NCBI GenBank assembly: GCA_902609285.1
Contig: CACLRL010000006.1
Span: 1-61,407 of the forward strand
From: an uncultured Candidatus Actinomarina sp.
GTDB lineage: Bacteria; Actinomycetota; Acidimicrobiia; Actinomarinales; Actinomarinaceae
Length of the DNA stretch: 61,407 nt
Direction: 5' to 3'
The notes beneath the pieces were generated by a model, which was not told where the DNA came from, searched no databases, and worked only from the letters and a program-made list of their open reading frames with translations. Positions 22,312 through 30,810 of the stretch are shown here, one piece after another. A program made the position numbers and the translations under genes. Position 1 is the stretch's first letter; every line of letters starts with the position of its first letter.

Positions 22312-23619
22312 ATGAAATTAAGAATTGCACCGTCACCAACTGGTGAACTTCATATTGGCAATGCAAGAACAGCGCTATTTAATTGGTTATATGCAAGAAA
22401 GCATGATGGAAAATTCTTATTGCGAATTGATGATACCGATGTTGAGAGAAGCACCCCTGAGTTTCAACAAAATATAATTGAAGGTCTTGAATGGTTAGGA
22501 ATTGATTGGGATGAAGGATTTGATAAAGATTCTTCAATATCCTACAAACAATCAGATAGATTTGAACGATATGAAAAAATTGCTCAAGATTTAGTCGAAG
22601 AAGGCTTCGCTTATGAAGACGACGGAGCAATAAGATTCAAAGTTAAGGGTGATCAAAATATCTATTTTGAAGACTATATCCGAGGTGATATGAATTTCAA
22701 CACAAATGATATTGAGGACTTTGTTATTCTTCGATCAGACAAAACGCCAACATATCATTTAGCCTCAACAGTTGATGATATAGATTATGGGATATCAATT
22801 ATTGCTAGGGGAGAGGACATACTTTCATCTACTCCAAAACACATCATGATAATGAAAGCACTTGATGCAAAAGTTCCTGACTTCTGTCATTTACCATTGC
22901 TATTTGGACCTGATGGTAAGAAATTAAGCAAAAGACATGGTGATACATCTGTCTCATCATTTAAGGATCAAGGAATATTAGCGAATGCAATGTTTAACTA
23001 TATGTCAATACTTGGCTGGTCGCCTGGTGACGATTTAGAGATTTTCGAAAGAGATGTAGCAATAGAAAATTTTGATCTTAAAAATGTTCTTCCAAATCCA
23101 GCAATTTTTGACACTGTAAAGTTACTTTGGATGAATGGTCAATACATCAGAAATCTTAACAAAGATGGATTTTCAAAAAAAGCTACCGATAATATATCTG
23201 CGAGTTTGGGAAGAGAGATATTTAAAGAAGAATTAGAAAGAATTAATATAATTCTCCCAGTCGTACAAGAGCGGTTGGAGACATTGAATGACATAACAGA
23301 CCAGATTAAATTTCTTCTAGATGAACCATTCACTGTTAACACTGAAGAATGGAATGGTATTAACAGTGAAAATGTCCAAAATTATCTTAAAAATATTCGA
23401 GAAAATTTTAAGTTGATGGAAAAATTTGATTTAGAAAACATTGAAAACATGATGAGAGATGAATTAAAAGAATTAAATATGAAACCCAATGAGGGATTTC
23501 AAGCAACCAGAATTGCAGTAACAGGTACAAAAATTAGCCCTCCTCTATTTGAGTCAATCTTTGCTCTAGGAAAACCCGGAACGATCGCAAGACTTGCTGA
23601 AATGATTGAAAATTTGTAA
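22312..23619 (+). CDS. gltX: Glutamate--tRNA ligase
   Basis: APSPTGELHIGNART (HIGH motif), RIDDTD, RGED, KKLSKR (KMSKS motif), SPPLF. Confidence 0.96.
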   Translation: MKLRIAPSPTGELHIGNARTALFNWLYARKHDGKFLLRIDDTDVERSTPEFQQNIIEGLEWLGIDWDEGFDKDSSISYKQSDRFERYEKIAQDLVEEGFAYEDDGAIRFKVKGDQNIYFEDYIRGDMNFNTNDIEDFVILRSDKTPTYHLASTVDDIDYGISIIARGEDILSSTPKHIMIMKALDAKVPDFCHLPLLFGPDGKKLSKRHGDTSVSSFKDQGILANAMFNYMSILGWSPGDDLEIFERDVAIENFDLKNVLPNPAIFDTVKLLWMNGQYIRNLNKDGFSKKATDNISASLGREIFKEELERINIILPVVQERLETLNDITDQIKFLLDEPFTVNTEEWNGINSENVQNYLKNIRENFKLMEKFDLENIENMMRDELKELNMKPNEGFQATRIAVTGTKISPPLFESIFALGKPGTIARLAEMIENL

Positions 23620-23657
23620 CAAATAATAAATAAGTTACTATATTCTTATACAAATAC

Positions 23658-23730
23658 GGCCCCGTCGTCCAGAGGCCTAGGACGCTTGGTTTTCAACCAA
23701 GAAACGCCGGTTCGAATCCGGTCGGGGCTG
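23658..23730 (+). tRNA. tRNA-Glu (TTC)
   Basis: Acceptor stem GGCCCCG/CGGGGCT, anticodon arm CTTGG-TTTTCAA-CCAAG, T-loop TTCGAAT; CCA not encoded. Confidence 0.95.
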
Positions 23731-23736
23731 CTACTT

Positions 23737-23808
23737 TCGGGGATGGTGTAATTGGCAACACAATGGGTTCTGGTCCCATCGTTGAGGGTTCAAATCCTTC
23801 TCCCCGAG
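23737..23808 (+). tRNA. tRNA-Gln (CTG)
   Basis: Acceptor stem TCGGGGA/TCCCCGA, anticodon arm ATGGG-TTCTGGT-CCCAT, T-loop TTCAAAT. Confidence 0.95.
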
Positions 23809-23811
23809 CAA

Positions 23812-23884
23812 GGCCCCGTCGTCTAGAGGCCTAGGACGCCGCCCTCTCAAGGCGGAAACGCCGGTTCAAATCCGGTCGGGGCTG
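23812..23884 (+). tRNA. tRNA-Glu (CTC)
   Basis: Acceptor stem GGCCCCG/CGGGGCT, anticodon arm CCGCC-CTCTCAA-GGCGG, T-loop TTCAAAT. Confidence 0.95.
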
Positions 23885-24487
23885 CTAAATACTTACGCCT
23901 TTAAACCATCTAGGTATATTTTTCTGAAATTCTTTAAAATCAACTTCGTCATCAATTTCAAAACTAAATTCTTTATTGAACGATATTTTTATATCCAAAT
24001 TTTTTTCTTGAAACATTTTGATGTGTTTTTCAAAACTGTTTTTTCCATAATTTAAATGATGCACCTTTTTACTTCCTCCTAAAAGAGGTGTTCCATTATC
24101 TTTACTCGAACAGATGATAATATCTGACTGTTTGCATTGATTTATCCATTCATTAGCAAAAAATTTATTAATGTAAGGTAAATCTGCATGACAAATAGTC
24201 CAAAAATCATAATCTATTGAATTTAAAGCATCTTCTAATTCTTCATTAATCCCTGTTTTTGTGGAAGAAAATATTTTTATATTATTTTGGTTACAAAACT
24301 CCCTAACAAGACTGTCACTAGTTACACAAACAATCTCAACATGATCATCTTTAAATGATTCAACAATGTTTATTAACATAGCCTTTGAAAGTTCGATTCT
24401 TTTTGATGATGATAAAATTTTATCCAATCTCGACATTGGATTAATAAAATCCCTGACCGGAATTGCAATTAAAAAATTTTTTGTCAT
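23885..24487 (-). CDS. cofC: 2-phospho-L-lactate/PEP guanylyltransferase (F420 biosynthesis, CofC/FbiD)
   Basis: IPVR...SRL..IL....R..L..AML, HADLP, DNGT, YGKNSFEKH, EIDDEVD. Confidence 0.82.
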   Translation of the reverse strand: MTKNFLIAIPVRDFINPMSRLDKILSSSKRIELSKAMLINIVESFKDDHVEIVCVTSDSLVREFCNQNNIKIFSSTKTGINEELEDALNSIDYDFWTICHADLPYINKFFANEWINQCKQSDIIICSSKDNGTPLLGGSKKVHHLNYGKNSFEKHIKMFQEKNLDIKISFNKEFSFEIDDEVDFKEFQKNIPRWFKGVSI

Positions 24488-24530
24488 TAAAGTACTTTAC
24501 ATATTTCATCCTATTAAGTTATATATTGAA

Positions 24531-25928
24531 ATGGCAAGAAAAACTAAAATTATTGCAACAATTGGTCCAAGTCTTAATTCTAAAAAACTAGTTGGTGAGA
24601 TAATTGATGCAGGTGCCAATGTACTTCGACTTAATTTTTCACATGGAACTCATGAAGATCATAAAAAAGTTGTTGAATGGGCAAGATCTTCAAATAAAAA
24701 AATTGCAATTATGCAAGATATTCAAGGACCAAAAATAAGAACGGGTGAATTAGAGCAACCTATTTATTTGGAAAGAAATAAAGAAATTCAATTATCAAAT
24801 GAAATTAAATCTAAAGATAAAGAAACGGTATTAATAAATTATGAAAATTTATTTAAGGACATTCACGAAGGTGAAAGAGTTTTGATTGATGATGGAAAAA
24901 TTGTATTAAGAATTTCTAAGAAAACAAAAACTAAATTTACTTCAATTATTGAAGTTGGGGGAGAACTAAGATCCAATCAAGGAGTTGCTTTCCCAGATTC
25001 TTCACTTTCACTCGCCACTCTTACGGATAAAGATAAAAACGATATTGAATTTGGTAACCAATTAGATGTTGATTTTGTTGCTGTCTCTTTTGTTAGAGAT
25101 GCTGATGATATTCTTAATGTCAAAAAGTTAATTAATCCTAACACAATGGTAATTGCCAAGATTGAACTCAAATCTGCTGTTAAAAACCTGAAATCAATAA
25201 TTCAAGAATCTGATGGTGTTATGGTAGCACGAGGAGACTTGGGTGTTCAATTACCTCTTGAGCGTATACCTATCATACAAAAGGAAATTTTGAATGAAAG
25301 TAACCTACAGGGAAAAATCACGATTACTGCAACTGAAATGCTTACATCAATGATCAGCTCATATCGACCAACAAGAGCAGAGGTTTCTGATATAACCAAT
25401 GCAATTTTAGATGGTACAGATTCAGTTATGTTATCTGCTGAAACATCAATTGGAGATAATCCAATTCTTTCAGTCCAAGCAATGGCAAATATCTGTGAAG
25501 AGGTAGATGAGACCTCAAATAAAAACTATTTGAACAAAAAAGATATTTCAGTTTCTAACGAACTTACAAATTCACTATCTAAAGCTGCAGTTCAGGTAGC
25601 AAATGATTCAAATGCAAAAGCAATTGTTGCTTTTACTGAAACAGGAAGAACTCCACTATTACTATCTAATCACAGACCAGACGCTCCAATATTTACATTC
25701 ACTACAATCGACAAAACTTATAATCAGACAAATTTGCTGTGGGGAGTAGAGCAAGTAAAAATTAATAGACTAGAAACTACTGACGAAATGTTTTCTATTG
25801 CTAATAAGTGGCTAAAAGATGAAATGAATTTTAAGAAAAATGATACAGTTGTAATCGTTGCTGGTACACCTCCAAATAAAGAGGCAGCAACTAACCTTAT
25901 TAGGGTAATGAAGATTGGCGAATTTTAA
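24531..25928 (+). CDS. pyk: Pyruvate kinase
   Basis: RKTKIIATIGP, RLNFSHG, DIQGPKIR, AKIE, MVARGDLG, PTRAEVSD. The ORF-track start overlaps cofC, so ATG 24531 is used. Confidence 0.95.
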   Translation: MARKTKIIATIGPSLNSKKLVGEIIDAGANVLRLNFSHGTHEDHKKVVEWARSSNKKIAIMQDIQGPKIRTGELEQPIYLERNKEIQLSNEIKSKDKETVLINYENLFKDIHEGERVLIDDGKIVLRISKKTKTKFTSIIEVGGELRSNQGVAFPDSSLSLATLTDKDKNDIEFGNQLDVDFVAVSFVRDADDILNVKKLINPNTMVIAKIELKSAVKNLKSIIQESDGVMVARGDLGVQLPLERIPIIQKEILNESNLQGKITITATEMLTSMISSYRPTRAEVSDITNAILDGTDSVMLSAETSIGDNPILSVQAMANICEEVDETSNKNYLNKKDISVSNELTNSLSKAAVQVANDSNAKAIVAFTETGRTPLLLSNHRPDAPIFTFTTIDKTYNQTNLLWGVEQVKINRLETTDEMFSIANKWLKDEMNFKKNDTVVIVAGTPPNKEAATNLIRVMKIGEF

Positions 25929-26230
25929 TGGGACAAAAAATTGAACTAAAAACCACTCAATTTGGAAAAAATGTTATTTTTGATTTAAATAGATCATTAT
26001 CAGGACAAGATGGTGAAACTTATCACAATATTGCACATGCTTCGTTATCAAACGAAATAAGTGCACAATTAGCAATGAAATTATTTCAATATTCAAATGA
26101 TATTGAAAATATATTTATTCAATCAAATGTAGTCACTGTAAACTTTACAAAAAATATGGGTACAGCTATTAAAGAGTTTGAAAAACAAATTGAGGATTTT
26201 TTTCTATTTTATGGGGATGAAGAGGAATGA
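25928..26230 (+). CDS. Hypothetical protein, Nfu N-terminal-like fold
   Basis: FDLNRSL...LAMKLF...IENIFIQSNVVTV pattern resembles Nfu_N domains. Confidence 0.6.
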   Translation: MGQKIELKTTQFGKNVIFDLNRSLSGQDGETYHNIAHASLSNEISAQLAMKLFQYSNDIENIFIQSNVVTVNFTKNMGTAIKEFEKQIEDFFLFYGDEEE

Positions 26231-27162
26231 TTGTTGGAGTTACTGGTGCATCCGGATTTATTGGAAAAAGAGTTGTTAAAAAACTTCAAGATTCAGGTCA
26301 CGAAGTAAAGAAATTTGTAAGAAGAGAGGCAAAAAATGATGATGAAATTTTCTGGAGTCCTGCAAAAAAAGAAATTGACATTCAAAAATTCCAAGAATTA
26401 GACGCAATTATTCATTTAGCAGGTGAAAGCATAGCTCCTTCTGAAATTACTGGTTTTTTACCTTTTGCAGGGGGCAGATGGTCAAAAGAAAAAAAATCAA
26501 GAATTTATTGGTCGAGAAAGTGGGCTTCTGATTTATTTATAGATACTTTTAAGTCGGTGGATAAATTTCCAAGTATATTTATTACAGCTTCTGGAAATAA
26601 TATATACGGTGATCATAATGATGAAGTGGTAACAGAAACTACCCCATATAACAGGGGAGAATTTCTTCAAATGGTTGCTGAAGAGTGTTGGGAAGAACCT
26701 CTTGATGAATTAAAAAAATTAAATGTAAGAATAGTCTGTGGAAGAAAAGGTCTAGTTTTGGGAAAAGGGAATATCGCAACAAGTATATTAACACTTGTAT
26801 CAAAATTAAACCTTTCAGGACCATTAGGTTCAGGTATACAATACTGGTCTTGGGTTTCCGTTAACGACGTTGCAAACGCTTACCTTTTTTGCTTAGAAAA
26901 TAATGATATTGACGGTCCTGTAAATATAACTTCACCTGAGCCTCTTCAACAAAAAGAATTTTCAAAAATAGTTGCAAAAATAATGAACAAAGGATATTTT
27001 GCACCACCTGTCCCCAGCTTTGTTATTAAAATAGCACTTGGATGGGAATTGGGTGAATTTCTTGTTCTTGGCGGATTGAGAGCAATACCAGAAAAACTTT
27101 TAAGAGCCGGATTTGAGTTTGAATATCCTACACTTGAGTCAATGAAAGATGATTTTATCTAA
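26227..27162 (+). CDS. TIGR01777-family NAD-dependent epimerase/oxidoreductase
   Basis: VTGASGFIG, IHLAGESI, GSGIQYWSWVSVND, GPVN, P.KL..AGFEF.YP. Confidence 0.88.
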   Translation: MIVGVTGASGFIGKRVVKKLQDSGHEVKKFVRREAKNDDEIFWSPAKKEIDIQKFQELDAIIHLAGESIAPSEITGFLPFAGGRWSKEKKSRIYWSRKWASDLFIDTFKSVDKFPSIFITASGNNIYGDHNDEVVTETTPYNRGEFLQMVAEECWEEPLDELKKLNVRIVCGRKGLVLGKGNIATSILTLVSKLNLSGPLGSGIQYWSWVSVNDVANAYLFCLENNDIDGPVNITSPEPLQQKEFSKIVAKIMNKGYFAPPVPSFVIKIALGWELGEFLVLGGLRAIPEKLLRAGFEFEYPTLESMKDDFI

Positions 27163-27494
27163 TGAGTAATTACGAAGAGAGAATGTCAAAAAAATACAAT
27201 TTTTTCTCAAATGAGAAAGATGAAACTGATACGAATGTTAATGAACCAGATGCCATTATTGAAACATCTTCAAATATTGAAAGTGATGAAGAAAATATGA
27301 TGGTTCCTATTTCTGCATGGAAGAAAGTGTTAGATCAATTAGGTAATTTGCATGAGGCAGATAAGTTAATGGCAGAAGCCAGAGAGAGAGCTGCAAAGGC
27401 AGAAGCTGAAAGTGAATTTCTAAGAGAAAAACTAAAAAACACACGTGATGAACTTAATGTATTTAAAAAGAAAAAAAGGTTTTTCTTTTTTTAA
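27162..27494 (+). CDS. Hypothetical coiled-coil protein
   Basis: EARERAAKAEAESEFLREKL heptads and a basic/aromatic C-terminus; TAATG coupling. Confidence 0.7.
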   Translation: MSNYEERMSKKYNFFSNEKDETDTNVNEPDAIIETSSNIESDEENMMVPISAWKKVLDQLGNLHEADKLMAEARERAAKAEAESEFLREKLKNTRDELNVFKKKKRFFFF

Positions 27495-27500
27495 AAAAAT

Positions 27501-28721
27501 CTAATTTAATATATTTTCTTCATCAGAAACACCTCTGATGATAAAAAATGAAATTAAAAGTAATAATACAAGTGATAACATTGCTATATTTCTTCCATAA
27601 TCAAGAGTATTTACTATAAATCCCCACAAAATAGGTCCTACAATAGTTGCAAATCTTCCAACTGTAGAATAGAGTCCATAAAACTCACCAAGGTGTTCTT
27701 TCGGACTTAATCTTGTCATGAAAACTCTATCTACTGCAAAAATACCACCAATGTTAAAGCCACCGATTACACCTGTGACATAAATTAACCAATCAATATT
27801 AAATTCTGTTGATATCACTGCGATAATCAATGAGACCATCCAACAACCCAAACTAAACAATGTACATTTTCTTGGTCCATATTTATCGCCTGCTTTGCCA
27901 TAAACATATCCACCTATAATGGAGATAATTATTGCTAATGCAAGTAAATTTTGACTATCTTCAGCAGTAAGACCAGCTTCTTCAACAAGATACACAGCTA
28001 AAAGGCCACTTATTAATGTATTTATTGCATCAGCATAGAAAAATCTTCCAACAAGAAACCTTGTTAAGCCAGTATATTCTCTTGAGTGTTTCCATGATTT
28101 TATAACTATGTAAAGAGATTCTCTAAATCTTACTTTGACTTTGTTAATATTAAATTTCTTCTCCTCAATAAATAAAAAAGCTGGGATAGAAAATAAAAGA
28201 AATAGAATCGCCACTGACCTGAAGATTTCAACATAACTATAACCAAAACTCTGCAAGAGAGATGCTACCCCAAAACCAATAAGTGACCCAATGTATCCAA
28301 AAGCAACTCCCATACCTGAAATCTTTCCTCTATTACTTTCGTTACTTACTGAAACAAGAAGGGCATCATAAACAACAGATCCAAGATTGAATCCAATTAA
28401 TGACAAAATAAACAACATAACTGAAACATTGACATTGAATGTTCCAAGAAAAAAGGTAGCAATTATGCAAATCACGGTTGTAATCAGCAGTAAAGGTTTT
28501 TTGCCTTGAGCGCCATCACTCCTTGCACCCACCCAAGGGCCTGTCAATGCTACAATTACCATTGCTCCAGAAGTTGCAAGACCTAATGCTTGATCTGTCC
28601 ATCCCTGTTCAGACACCAACCAGACGGAGAAATATAATCCAGGAATTACAAATGCATAAACTGTATTTGCTAAATCAAAAAGTAACCAAGAGTATAAACT
28701 TTTTTTCTTAACTTCTTCCAT
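27501..28721 (-). CDS. MFS transporter, UMF1/ATG22-like
   Basis: SWLLFDLANT, VYDALL, GKISGMG, FYADAINT, GEFYGLY; about 12 TM segments. Confidence 0.88.
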   Translation of the reverse strand: MEEVKKKSLYSWLLFDLANTVYAFVIPGLYFSVWLVSEQGWTDQALGLATSGAMVIVALTGPWVGARSDGAQGKKPLLLITTVICIIATFFLGTFNVNVSVMLFILSLIGFNLGSVVYDALLVSVSNESNRGKISGMGVAFGYIGSLIGFGVASLLQSFGYSYVEIFRSVAILFLLFSIPAFLFIEEKKFNINKVKVRFRESLYIVIKSWKHSREYTGLTRFLVGRFFYADAINTLISGLLAVYLVEEAGLTAEDSQNLLALAIIISIIGGYVYGKAGDKYGPRKCTLFSLGCWMVSLIIAVISTEFNIDWLIYVTGVIGGFNIGGIFAVDRVFMTRLSPKEHLGEFYGLYSTVGRFATIVGPILWGFIVNTLDYGRNIAMLSLVLLLLISFFIIRGVSDEENILN

Positions 28722-29923
28722 TAAATTGAGTCTAGAGCGTCTTTAAGTCTTGTGAGACCTTCCTCAAGATCATTATCGCTGAGAGCATAAGAACATCTTA
28801 AAAATCCCTTTTTTCCAAATACCTCACCTGGAACAAAAGCTATAAAATATTTTTCAAGTAACCAATCACAAAGTTCAATTGAGGATGAAACGTTTTCGAT
28901 AAGCCCTTTTGTGTAGTGGCTAATATCTGGGAAAACATAGAAGGCACCTGTTGCTTTTGGAACTTTAATGTTATTTATATTATCAAATTGTTTCAGAGCG
29001 TATTCTCTTCTTTTATTAAATGCTTTTTTCATTTCATTTGTACTATCTAATCCATTTTTCAACGCAGAATAAGCAGCTACTTGAGAAATATTCGCAACAT
29101 TAGATGTCGCGTGAGACTGAATTTTTTTAGATAAGCCAATTACCTTATCATTTCCAAGTATCCAACCAACTCTCCAGCCAGTCATAGAATATGCTTTTGC
29201 AACTCCATTCACTATTACAGTCTTCTCAAAATCTTTATCAATAGTTGCTGGTGATGGTGATGTCATGCCTTCGTACACTAAATGTTCATATAGTTCATCA
29301 GAAATTATCCAAATATCTCTTTCAAATGCCCAGTTGTATATTTCTACTGCTTCTTCTTTTGAGTAAACTACACCAGTTGGATTTGATGGTGATACCCAGA
29401 CAAGTACCTTTGTTTTTTCAGTTAATTTATTTTCGAGTTCATCAACAGTTACTTTAAAATCATTTTCAAAACTGGTATCTACAATTACAGGTTGTCCTCC
29501 AGAAATTTTTACTGCTTCAGGATATGTAGTCCAGTAGGGGGATGGAATTAAGACTTCGTCACCAGGATCAAGTAGAGACATAAATGTTGTAAGTATCGCT
29601 TGTTTTCCCCCATTGGTTACTACAACATTATCAGCATCAACTTCAAAATTTGAATATTCAGCGGTTGTTCTTGAAATTTCATCTCTTAATATTTTTAATC
29701 CTCCAACAGCAGAATATTTATGATAAGTTGGATTCTCAGATGCAATTTTTACATCTTCTATTACATGTGCCGGGGTAGGAAAATCTGGTTCTCCAGCTCC
29801 AAAACCAATTACTGGTTTACCCTGTTCTTTTAATAGCCTTGCTTTATTTGATATTGCCATAGTTCCTGATGGCGTTATATTTTTGTTTAATTTAGAAATT
29901 TCCACATTTATCTCCAATGTCAT
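28721..29923 (-). CDS. Class I PLP aminotransferase (aspartate aminotransferase-like)
   Basis: GAGEPDFPTP, NGGKQA, SPSNPTG, SDELYE, VAKAYSMTGWRVG. Confidence 0.92.
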   Translation of the reverse strand: MTLEINVEISKLNKNITPSGTMAISNKARLLKEQGKPVIGFGAGEPDFPTPAHVIEDVKIASENPTYHKYSAVGGLKILRDEISRTTAEYSNFEVDADNVVVTNGGKQAILTTFMSLLDPGDEVLIPSPYWTTYPEAVKISGGQPVIVDTSFENDFKVTVDELENKLTEKTKVLVWVSPSNPTGVVYSKEEAVEIYNWAFERDIWIISDELYEHLVYEGMTSPSPATIDKDFEKTVIVNGVAKAYSMTGWRVGWILGNDKVIGLSKKIQSHATSNVANISQVAAYSALKNGLDSTNEMKKAFNKRREYALKQFDNINNIKVPKATGAFYVFPDISHYTKGLIENVSSSIELCDWLLEKYFIAFVPGEVFGKKGFLRCSYALSDNDLEEGLTRLKDALDSI

Positions 29924-29973
29924 TTTAACGAAATAATTTATAAACTAACTAAGTGATTTATTAAACTTGGCGT

Positions 29974-30810
29974 ATGTCCAAAATTTTATATGGTAAACCT
30001 GTTGCTGAAAATCTCGATATTCAGAGCAAAGATATTTTTAAGGATTACCAATTTAAACATGATAAGCTTCCAAGATTAACGGCCATAACTGTTGGAGACA
30101 ATCCTGCCTCCTTAATGTATGTATCTGTAAAAGAAAAAAAAGCGCAGGAATTAGGGGTTGAATTCAATTGGATTAAATTAAATGAAGCCACATCAGAAAG
30201 TGAACTTCAAGAAGCTATAGTTAAAAATTCTTCTTCTTCACAAGGAATGATTATCCAGCTTCCACTGCCTCAACACTTAGAAATTGAGAAGATTATTGAT
30301 TTAATTCCAAGTGATATTGATGTAGATGGACTAACGTCATTTAATTTAGGAAAGCTTTATTCAGACAACTTTAATGTTATTCCCGCAACTTCATTCGCAA
30401 TTCTTGAATTATTGTCACATTATCAAATTGATACTGAAGATAAAAATATAGTCATTGCAGGTAGATCAAGGTTAGTAACTTCACCCCTTTCAAAAATTTT
30501 AAGTTCTAAACAATATAATGCGAATGTCACAGTAATTCACAGCAGAACTTCTAATCAGAAAGAGTTTATCTCAAATGCAGATATTTTTATTTCTGGAGTT
30601 GGAAAATCAAAATTGTATGATAGGTCATATTTTAAAGAAAACTCGTATGTTATTGATGTTGGAATTTCTGTTGTCGACGGTAAATCATATGGTGATATAG
30701 ATATCTCTGATTTAGATAATTACCTAAGTGGAAGAGCTCCCTATCCGGGAGGAGTAGGGCCAATAACTGTTTCTGGTTTGTATGCAAATTTAGCTAAATT
30801 GATTAGCTAG
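29974..30810 (+). CDS. folD: Methylenetetrahydrofolate dehydrogenase/cyclohydrolase
   Basis: VGDNPAS.MYVSVK, IQLPLP, DVDG, GRS, NANVTVIHS, IDVG, PGGVGP. Confidence 0.92.
   Translation: MSKILYGKPVAENLDIQSKDIFKDYQFKHDKLPRLTAITVGDNPASLMYVSVKEKKAQELGVEFNWIKLNEATSESELQEAIVKNSSSSQGMIIQLPLPQHLEIEKIIDLIPSDIDVDGLTSFNLGKLYSDNFNVIPATSFAILELLSHYQIDTEDKNIVIAGRSRLVTSPLSKILSSKQYNANVTVIHSRTSNQKEFISNADIFISGVGKSKLYDRSYFKENSYVIDVGISVVDGKSYGDIDISDLDNYLSGRAPYPGGVGPITVSGLYANLAKLIS

Noticed and set aside
23658-23884. Direct repeat of the tRNA-Glu 3' half as possible attL/attR of an integrated element
   Set aside because: Both copies are complete tRNAs separated only by tRNA-Gln, with no integrase or cargo.
24366-24530. 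N-terminal extensions in the ORF track (pyk, and similarly murA, pgl, DUF368, GH13, malF, ThuA, PPOX)
   Set aside because: The extensions overlap neighbouring genes or a terminator, and homology begins at downstream start codons.
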